A stretch of 63,327 nt of DNA, counting the filler, from Collodictyon triciliatum (Eukaryota), in NCBI GenBank assembly GCA_043381765.1. It is 5 parts of 5 records of this genome, joined end to end, with 100 filler letters (N's around TTAATTAATTAA, not from the genome) between each part and the next. Parts side by side here need not be neighbours in the genome. Positions count along the whole stretch, not along the records: positions 30,639 to 46,342 come from JBHJMP010001644.1; 4 more parts are not named here. One strand, given 5' to 3'. Below are positions 33,863 through 42,238 of the stretch, one piece after another. A program made the translations under genes and the position numbers. Each line of letters begins with the position of its first letter. The first letter of the stretch is position 1. The notes beneath the pieces are model-generated. The model made no database searches and was not told where the DNA came from. It saw only the letters and a program-made list of their open reading frames with translations.

Positions 33863-35430
33863 TTATTGTTAACCTTATTTAATCAAAGGTGGTAATGCTA
33901 CTTGTGTCGTCGAAAGCGACGCCGACCTAAATAAGGCTATTGACAGGGTTGCTTTCGGCGCCTTCTTTCAATCGGGACAGAGCTGTATCAGTGTTCAGGT
34001 TATTGAAATTTTTTTCTTTATTGAATTGATGTAGAGTAGGCTATTGAAACATTCAGAAGACTGTTCTCCGATGAAAGGGGGTGCATCTATTTAGATATAT
34101 GATGTGGGCAGTGCGATTTTTTCTTATTGGATTTATAATCTCATGATATTGGAAAATTTCATTAGCGAGTGGATGTCCACGAAAGTGTTTATGATAAATT
34201 CAAGCAAGGATTGATTGAAAAAGTTCGTGCCATCTCTTGTGGTATTGTTTCCTCTCCATCCACAGGAAAAGTCACGCTCTTCCTCCTGTCATATGTATTT
34301 AATACTTGAGTCGTGTTTAGGTGATCCTTTTGATGAGTCAACCACAGTGGGCCCGCTTATATCGGAGAAGGAAGCAATTCGCGTGGAGGTGCATTCTTGT
34401 CTAATTTCTAATGGAAAAAATAGACAAATCATAGTGCTTATTGGTTATATGGCACCACGTCAAGACTTTTAATTTATTTTGCAACTTGGAACAGATGTGG
34501 GTAAAAAATGCTATTCTTTCCGGAGCACGACTTTTACATGGTGGAAATAGAAACTCGTCTGTTTTTGGTAAGATAGAATGGCTATTGAAGTATGTACTAT
34601 ATATAAAAGGGTTAGCTGCTCTCAGCTGACGCATATTGACATACTATTATTTATTGTTAATTAACGTAGAGCCCACCATTTTGGAGAACGTTGATTCTTC
34701 GGCAGACCTTTATTGCGAGGAAATATTCGGGTATGGTCAGAGTCATATTGATTTGTATTTTTTTTCTTTTATGGTGTACAGATCAAATATCAACCAATCT
34801 CTAATCAAATGTCGAACGTGGTCCAGCCCGGTAGTCCACTTGACCAAGTTTACCGAGTTTAAGGAAGCCTGCCGTCGTGTGAATGAATCAAAGTATGGTC
34901 TTCAGACGGGATTGTTCACCCACAACATTAACAAGGTAACTATATACGTGAGCTCTTCATGCCTGAGTCGTCGATGTGTATTATCTCGTCTTTCTTTGCC
35001 AACATCTCCACCATCCCGCACAAAATTGAAAGGAAGAATAAAAAAAAAATCTCGTCTTTCTTTGAGGAACCTTCATTTCACCTTCCATTTAATTATTGTT
35101 AGCCGAAGAAAAATGATATATCTTTAAACGGGTAGGTTTTCTACGCTTTTAATGAGATGGAAGTGGGAGGGCTTGTTATCAATGACGTCCCATCTATTAG
35201 GATGGACCCACAGCCCGTATGATTCTCATATGTTCTGAAATAATCCCTTTGTTCAAGGACCTCAATTTTACACTCGCCCGTGCAATCAGTCTCACCACTC
35301 CACACTCCATATCTTCATTTAGTACGGGGGAGCAAAGGACTCTGGGTTTGGGCGAGAGGGTCTCAGATACGCCATGGAGGAGATGACTGACCTGAAGTGT
35401 TTGACTCTTAAAAATATCTCCAGCCTCTAA
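31357..35430 (+). CDS. Aldehyde dehydrogenase, ALDH21-like, highly intron-interrupted
   Basis: MTVQLKDKYPLYVAN, RFPIGPISMICPFNFP, HKIAPAIAVGCPFVLKP, SFTGS, GKKKVALELGGNA, catalytic QSGQSCISVQR, EEIFG-PV and YGGAKDSGFGREG. Confidence 0.92.
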
Positions 35431-36133
35431 CTCTCATCTAAAAGGCGAGAGAAATAAATCTCTGCAGCAGAGCCAGGCGATTCGGATGTGGGGGCATATT
35501 GTGTGTTGGGTAGTAAATCAATTGAGCAAGGAAGAGAGTGCAATATTCATCCAATCTTACGGATTACTGCGGTGACAAAAACGATATCGACAAGGTAGTT
35601 ACTTTTTCTTTTGTTTTCTTTTTTTTTTCTTTCACTTTGTTCATGTGCGTATCATCAATGTGTTACGGTCGGACCCACCACGCCATATCTTTCCTCTGGG
35701 CGCATGTGATGTGGCAGCCTTGCGCTTCGGTGAAGGAATACCTCTTTGGTGACGGGCGGCCGGCGCCTTGACGTCCATAATTGGAATCCACATATGGTAT
35801 TAACTTACTTGGCATGATTAACCATGGCTTCCTTTTTCTTTTCTCCTCGCTCGCTCTGATTCACCCACAAAACCAGATTGATCGGCGATAGAACCGGCTT
35901 GGACGGAGGCGTCTCGCTCTCGTGTGTCACCAGTTTCTCGGAAAGTGATGTGGACTGGAGTGGTAGTCCATAAAGACCAATTGGGCCATCATATTGCAGA
36001 CTTTTAATACCCGTACAGTCGCCCATGCTCTAGCTTTTTCTATAAGAGTGTAAACAACAGTTATCGTGCCATGGGTCTTTTGCGAGTTGGAGCTGATTCG
36101 AGGGACGCTTGCCATATTTTTTGGTTTTTTCTT

Positions 36134-36220
36134 TTTTGGTTTTTGGTTTTTGGTTTTTGGTTTTTGGTTTTTGGTTTTTGGTTTTTGGTTTTTGGTTTTT
36201 GGTTTTTTGGTTTTTGGTTT
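36134..36220. repeat. (TTTTGG)n microsatellite
   Basis: Direct reading. Confidence 0.9.
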
Positions 36221-36446
36221 CTGCTTATCCGATCCATTTTCTTCATATGTTTTCTTGTCCCATCTTTTCTTGTCCTCTTTTTTTGTTCTCGTAAATGCTC
36301 GACATAGTCTCTATAGCAATACTCACTTTTCGTCTTTTTTTTTTTTTTTGGATATATGGTTTTCCTTCCATAACTTGGTTCTGATACTTTTAGTTCGCCT
36401 CGAGCAAAGCCTTAGTTGAACTCCATCCACCTAGGAAAGCTAAGAA

Positions 36447-37393
36447 ATGTCTGGAGTTTTTGTTCTCGAGGCCTCTGATTCAACTACCTTCCAGGTAGAT
36501 AAAGTAGTTTTGAAAATGATGGTCACGCTTCACAACATGATGGAAGGTAGAATATCGCACATAAGCCAAACTTCAAGTCAATTATTTTATATTTACTATT
36601 TAACATTTAACTAGTTGAAGGAAACTTTTTTTCCTGTCACCCTGGTGACGGTTTAATCATTCCGAACGCACTTTACGATCATTCTTATCGCATAAACCAG
36701 TCAGTTCTCTGATGCATCCCTTTGATCTTAACAGATACCTGCGATGAATCTGATAATATGATACCGATACCGAACGTGAACTCACCAACGTTGAAGAAGG
36801 TACCACACTGTTCACTCTAGTTTCCTGCCTAACAACTAACAAAATCTAACCATTCACATGCTGACATAGGTGGTTGCATTTTGTGAGCATTACAAAAACG
36901 ACCCCAATGGCGGTGAGAACGAAGCATCCGAAAGAACTACCGATATATCTGGATGGGACGCAGACTTTGTTGATATTCCAATGCCTGAGCTCTTCGATTT
37001 AATCCTGGTATTCTATACAGAAACTCAGAATTAGACACAGCGTCGATGTCGCTCTTTCCATTCCCTGATCCTCATAGACATGCCTCTTTCTATTCTGCGA
37101 TCCGTATACGTAATTAAGTTACGGAACCTGATGGGCGAACTCGCTGCATAATGCGTGCGCCGAGTTAGCTACTTGATATATTTCAGTAATCGCGTTGCAA
37201 CCCTCACTAATAGGCAGCCAACTACCTCAACATCCAACGCTTGCTCAACCTGACCTGCAAGCGCCTGTCCAAAGAGCTGAAAGGGAAGTCTGCCGAGGAA
37301 ATCCGCCAGCAGTTCAACATCCCTAACGATTTCACTCCGGAGGAAGAGGAGGAAATCCGCCGAGAAAACTCGTGGGTCGAGGACCATATGTGA
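36447..37393 (+). CDS. SKP1: Skp1 (SCF ubiquitin ligase subunit), multi-exon
   Basis: [34 protein letters not shown]...[32 protein letters not shown]. Confidence 0.95.
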
Positions 37394-37874
37394 GCGTTCT
37401 GTCCCGTCTCAATACGCCGCGCCGGACTCTGCAACATCGAGGACTCGGTGATAAACTCAAAGCGCTAACCTGAAGAACACGTATCTCACAGATACTTCCT
37501 GTGTATTTATTGCCAGGTTGCAATTATTTATTTCGTATATTTTCTTGTAATATTTTGTTATGGAGTTACGGAGAAAAGAAGCAGGAGAGCTCCTCGAAGG
37601 GCGCAGCGCTCTATCGCGTTTTTCTTTTTCTTTTGCTTTTTTTTTCTCTTCTGCTTCAACTTTTGCCTCTGCCTTTCGTGATACGCCACGTGTCCATTCC
37701 ATCTGTTTAAGTAAGACCATCTTTCCACACGATCTCAAAAGGCTGCGTGTGCTTCTATGCTTCCACGCTTCTGTGTTTTTCCCACGGCGAGTCTTTAGTC
37801 CGCAAAACCGATGTAACACCTCCCTTTTTTTTTTTCGTCAAGAGAAGAAGACGTCTTCCAGGCTGTTCTTAAGC

Positions 37875-38499
37875 ATGCAGTCACGCTCCGTAGTGGATGT
37901 GATGATCGAACAAATGGTTTCTGCTCCGCAAAGTCCAGAGGTTTTGCTGCACCCTAAGTGGGAGCTTCTAGTGGCATTATCTTTCTCACTTTCTCACTCT
38001 TCGCTTGCTCTCTTTCTTTTTTTTTTTTTTTTCTTCTCTCGCACACGCTCTTATTCTCTAGTAACAAAAAAACTATGTCACAGAATTTGCAGCTTGTGCA
38101 GGAGATAGAAAAGAGCGGCCTGCCTCTCGTTCGATTCAATATACAGTCCCAATTTACATATGCTATGCTCAAAATTCTATCTAGGCATAAAGGCGATATT
38201 CCAAGGGGGCTCCAAGTGATGGAGAGTGAGATTCTCTCATTTAAGAATTACAGAAGCATGTAGTGTTCACAATGCATGATTATCGGCAATTAATTCATTT
38301 GCATATTATAATATTCTAGGTTTGGCTGTGAACGATTCAAAAAATAAACTCACGTATGACTACTATATCATTCTTGGAACTTATCGACTGGATGACCTCC
38401 CCAAAACACGACGACTGGCTGAAAGATTCCTCTCAGCCCAACCTAAAAATCAACAAGTCCTCGATATTCATGCTAATGTTGTGGATCGATTGAAGCAAG
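37875..38499 (+). CDS. FIS1: Mitochondrial fission protein Fis1; the C-terminal transmembrane exon is missing from this contig
   Basis: Fis1 TPR patterns QSQFTYAMLKILSRHKGDIPRGLQVMES-L and YYIILGTYRL...RRLAERFLSAQPKNQQV...DRLKQG. A GT donor at 38500 is followed by the viral element. Confidence 0.8.
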
Positions 38500-38546
38500 G
38501 TTGTTATTTATTTCTTAAATAAAATTTTTATGACAAAATATTAATT

Positions 38547-38591
38547 TGATGCTTTTTTTTATTCATAATACATTAATAAAAAAAAGCATCA
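38547..38591. repeat. Perfect 17-bp inverted repeat with an 11-bp spacer at the host/virus junction
   Basis: TGATGCTTTTTTTTATT-cataatacatt-AATAAAAAAAAGCATCA. Confidence 0.93.
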
Positions 38592-38710
38592 GGTTTTACC
38601 TGAACGCGAAAACTCAACCCTTTATATACTGTCCTATCCCGCTTTTTCATACCATATTAGGAAGTCCACCGGATAATTTTCGCCGAACCTTCGCTTTAGA
38701 ATGTACCGTA

Positions 38711-38731
38711 CCTAACCCTAACCCTAACCCT
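38711..38731. repeat. Short telomere-type repeat (CCTAAC)x3.5, i.e. TTAGGG on the minus strand
   Basis: cctaaccctaaccctaaccct. Confidence 0.85.
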
Positions 38732-38850
38732 CGCCTCTAAAAATAAAGGGGGGGTGGGGATGAAGACCGACAAAAGAAATTATTCCACTTACTTTTTTAT
38801 CAACCACAGCATAAACACAAACCTCTATTATTTTAAATTTTATAAAAAAT

Positions 38851-39112
38851 AATAACCCCAATGCCCCAATGCCCCCTATATTTTATTTCTCTATCTCTAT
38901 TCTTATTCTTTATCTTATTATATCTTTATATAACAACTATATAATATCTTTATATAACAATTATAGAAAGGGGTATTGGGGTATTGGGGTATTACTTTTT
39001 AAGAGTTTACAAAAAAGAAGTAGTGGATGAACAGAAAACCGAACTGTAAAAACGTAAAAGAGTACAAAGTCACTTTTATTCCCACCATGCCCCCTATATT
39101 TTATTTCTCTAT
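38851..39112. repeat. Sub-terminal inverted and direct repeat cluster
   Basis: CCCCAATG repeats at 38856-38876 face GGGGTATT repeats at 38970-38993. An exact 26-bp direct repeat ATGCCCCCTATATTTTATTTCTCTAT occurs at 38869-38894 and 39087-39112. Confidence 0.85.
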
Positions 39113-39121
39113 TAAATTATT

Positions 39122-39424
39122 ATGGAGTGGTCCAAGGATATAAAATTAAATAACAAACAATACAGAATTAAAAAAGCTAATGATGGCAAGCACAAGTATG
39201 TTGTTTATTTAATTGTTAATAATAAAGAAGTGTATGTTACAAAATTTGGAGATGTCTCTATGGAACAATACCACGACAAGTTTGAGCAGTACAAGCACCT
39301 GGACCATAATAATAAAAAGCGATATGATAGTTTTAGGTCACGCTTCAGATTACAATATGAAAAAATAAAGAATGATCCATCGCTTTCCTCCGGACTGTGG
39401 TGGTCCTGGAATTATCTGTGGTAA
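39122..39424 (+). CDS. Tlr6F-like protein (family typical of Polinton-like viruses, virophages and some NCLDVs)
   Basis: KHKYVV...KFGDVSMEQYHDK...HLDHNNKKRYDSFRSRF...SGLWWSWNYLW fits the KKY...FG...Y...H.D..RR..Y..R...WS...LW pattern. Confidence 0.8.
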   Translation: MEWSKDIKLNNKQYRIKKANDGKHKYVVYLIVNNKEVYVTKFGDVSMEQYHDKFEQYKHLDHNNKKRYDSFRSRFRLQYEKIKNDPSLSSGLWWSWNYLW

Positions 39425-39470
39425 TTGTCTACTTAAAAACATTTTATCATAATCAGATAACAACACGACA

Positions 39471-39857
39471 ATGCCACTCTCTGATAAAATTAAATACGCA
39501 CTACTAAAAAGAAAATATGAAAATCCAGTCGGATACGCTCGATATCTTGAGCAAACACTTGTTATTGATTTTCGAGAAGGCAATGGTTTACGACTTGAAC
39601 ATATGCTTGGAACTATCGCTTATAGGCCATGTTTAATAATTGATGGTGGCGACTTCAGATATTCGATTTCACAAAACGACGACCTCTGGGATTATGAGAT
39701 CATGTCAAGACGCGAGTTAGAGGCATTTACAACAGTGGATCAACTGCACGATAAACTAATAAACCAGATTAGTGTTTACCAAAAAACCAACGATGATAAC
39801 ATTTTTCAAGATATGTTTCAGACCGTCCTGGAGATTTTTGAAATAACCAAACAATAA
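39471..39857 (+). CDS. Hypothetical viral protein (128 aa)
   Basis: Intronless ATG-initiated ORF packed 46 nt behind the Tlr6F-like gene; no recognised motif. Confidence 0.7.
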   Translation: MPLSDKIKYALLKRKYENPVGYARYLEQTLVIDFREGNGLRLEHMLGTIAYRPCLIIDGGDFRYSISQNDDLWDYEIMSRRELEAFTTVDQLHDKLINQISVYQKTNDDNIFQDMFQTVLEIFEITKQ

Positions 39858-40169
39858 ATTAGTACCTTGTAGTACAAATTTATTATAGATTTTTATAAAA
39901 ATAAATTACAAAATAAAACATCTGCCGCAGTACAGAAATAAATCTCAACACAAAAAGCCAACACAGACACATCACAAAACACCCACATTTCTTTTTCATT
40001 ACCTACACAATTAAATTTTTTTGACTTTGAAACTCGACGGTGCCTCCGCAGCACGAACTCTTTTTTAAATGATCAACTGTATACTTGAACAGTCTTTCAA
40101 TTACCAAAACACAAGTCATAAGTAATGAGATTATTGTAACTGGTTCCATTACTTAAGTAAATATTTTTT

Positions 40170-41807
40170 TTATTCCACGCGGAAAGTCTGCTGGTTGCTT
40201 TGAATCTCTAGGACAGCATCGTACAAAGATGCAACAATAATATTATATGGTCCATCAGTATCAGCAATAGGTCCACTGAAATTTAAACGCAAAGACATCA
40301 ACCCTGAGCCTGAAGACTGGATATCTGTTCCAACATTCTCACCCTCAACAGCATCGAGGACTTTGCGGAGATTAAATCCAATCATAAACTCACTGGCAGG
40401 TCCCTGGCAAGTTTGTTGATAAAAATTTCTATTATTTCCTGTAAAAGTTGCATTTTGAGCAGCAACTGTAGTTGAAATAGTTGTATGACTTGCATTTGCA
40501 AATAATCCCCCAGTAATTTCATCATTAGCAGCTGAACCTGCAGCTTTAGCTGCTTTTGTTCCAGTTACTATAATAGAATTTAATGCAATCCCATTGTCAT
40601 TTAGGAAAATAGTATTAGTAGCAGATACCGCATCAGCTGCACCAGCTGACTGTGCAGGTAGAGTAACTGTAATTCCAGTCTCTAAATTCATTCTGCTGTT
40701 TAAATAATTTCCTGTAAAGTTGCGACCCTCAAAAGCAAACGGACCATTGTATTCACTTCGCACGTGAGTAAGACCTAGCGCCTTTTGCAACTCTAAAAAT
40801 ACTTGGGGCGCATTGCCTTCGCAGTCCATGGGTTGCAAAGGATAATAAAATGACCCAAGTTGAAGCTGAGCGTCTACAAGTGTCGGGGGTTTATGTTTTC
40901 TATCTTTACCTGGTACCATGAATGTGTTCTGCTCACGCTGCTTGAAAAATGCAATAAACACACTATTCAAACTTTTAACTGTGTCATTAATATTAAACAC
41001 GTGTAATGTTTGCTGACCATTTGGTAAACTATACATTGATGTCCTCCACGTTTTGTATGGAATTTGCAGGGGAACGCCACGTTGAATACTTGATTGAAGT
41101 TGTTGATGATATTCAGGTGCCATTCTCACGACATCGTAGGTCAAGTAACATTGACTTAGTTCATATGTTGCATCTGTAGGAGGAGCTCCTGTGGTAGTAT
41201 TATTAATTTGACACGCATCCCTTGCAGGAGCTAATTCTATTTCAATCTGAAAAGCTGAAACAGAATCAATCAAAGACGTGCTAATGAGACCCGAGTAATT
41301 GCTAATACCAGACAGTCTAAAAGGAACGCAATACTTTCGAGACGAGGTGTATCCACTATTAGTTCCTTGGACTGCAGTCAATACTCTGGAACTATACGGA
41401 CCTATTCCTATTACAGCCTGACCAACACATTCATTAAAATCTTTTGATAAGTAATTCATAAACATACTAGATAAATAACTGTATCTTTGGATGTCTTCCA
41501 AAAGAAAAGATGACCCCTTTCTAATACGAAGATTTCCAAATACCGATTCTATATCATTACAAAATGTTGCATCATAAGTTCCAGCAGGAGCAGTTACTTG
41601 AATTCGCGCTGAAAAATGAAGCATCAGTGTATCCATATCTATCTCCATACCTGTTTCGCTTGGAATATTAAAAAGTATTCTATCTATTGAACTTGGTCCA
41701 AAGATTGAACCATTGAATGGACTAATTCGAGTTGTGTGTCGTGCAAGAACTTTATCATTGTAATTCTTGACGCGCATATATTTTGCTTCAGAGGGAAATT
41801 CAGCCAT
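40170..41807 (-). CDS. Major capsid protein (double jelly-roll) of Polinton-like virus/virophage type
   Basis: 545-aa intronless, beta-rich ORF with PLV-MCP-like patterns ISPFNGSIFGP..ILFNIP..IDMDTLMLHF, SVFGNLRI..G..LLEDIQRY, IEIELA, YDVVRM, SLNSVFIAF, QLGSFYYPLQP, FMIGFNL and terminal YDAVLEI. Confidence 0.85.
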   Translation of the reverse strand: MAEFPSEAKYMRVKNYNDKVLARHTTRISPFNGSIFGPSSIDRILFNIPSETGMEIDMDTLMLHFSARIQVTAPAGTYDATFCNDIESVFGNLRIRKGSSFLLEDIQRYSYLSSMFMNYLSKDFNECVGQAVIGIGPYSSRVLTAVQGTNSGYTSSRKYCVPFRLSGISNYSGLISTSLIDSVSAFQIEIELAPARDACQINNTTTGAPPTDATYELSQCYLTYDVVRMAPEYHQQLQSSIQRGVPLQIPYKTWRTSMYSLPNGQQTLHVFNINDTVKSLNSVFIAFFKQREQNTFMVPGKDRKHKPPTLVDAQLQLGSFYYPLQPMDCEGNAPQVFLELQKALGLTHVRSEYNGPFAFEGRNFTGNYLNSRMNLETGITVTLPAQSAGAADAVSATNTIFLNDNGIALNSIIVTGTKAAKAAGSAANDEITGGLFANASHTTISTTVAAQNATFTGNNRNFYQQTCQGPASEFMIGFNLRKVLDAVEGENVGTDIQSSGSGLMSLRLNFSGPIADTDGPYNIIVASLYDAVLEIQSNQQTFRVE

Positions 41808-41828
41808 ACAATAGTAAAGAAAATAATT

Positions 41829-42188
41829 TTATGTAAAAGGTCTAAAGGGGCGTCCAGTGGATGCAAGAACGTAAGCCTGACCCAAATCGTGAATACCTGA
41901 ACCGATAGCTTGAGCATTCTTTATTTTAAAATCTGTATTTCCCAAAGTTGATAACCCCCGCCCCAAGTAATTCGTGGCTGTAATTGCTGTTACTAATGGG
42001 TTTGTTATTGTCTGAATTGCTGGCTTGACACCAGTTGTTGAAAGGGCTAAGTCAACAAGTCCACCGCTAGCTCTATTCAAAGTTTGATAACCTCGGTCGA
42101 TTCTTTCAATCCTGTTTATCGCATCTTGTGTATTTCTTGTTAGGAATCGCCCCACGCCCCTCGCCATCTTTCTCGCGTCTACAATCAT
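41829..42188 (-). CDS. Small basic/amphipathic viral protein (119 aa) directly upstream of the MCP; possible virion core or membrane-active protein
   Basis: Arg-rich amphipathic N-terminus (ARKMARGVGRFLTR), Gly/Ala/Thr-rich body; its stop is 21 nt before the MCP ATG. Confidence 0.65.
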   Translation of the reverse strand: MIVDARKMARGVGRFLTRNTQDAINRIERIDRGYQTLNRASGGLVDLALSTTGVKPAIQTITNPLVTAITATNYLGRGLSTLGNTDFKIKNAQAIGSGIHDLGQAYVLASTGRPFRPFT

Positions 42189-42238
42189 ACATATATCAAT
42201 ATTTTATTCTTGTATGAACTTTTTATCTGTATAAAAAT

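Noticed and set aside
35538-36115. Short ORFs between ALDH and SKP1
   Set aside because: No recognisable motif or consistent exon chain.
36134-36220. (TTTTGG)n as a possible telomere
   Set aside because: Internal, short, and similar to the many other simple repeats in this genome.
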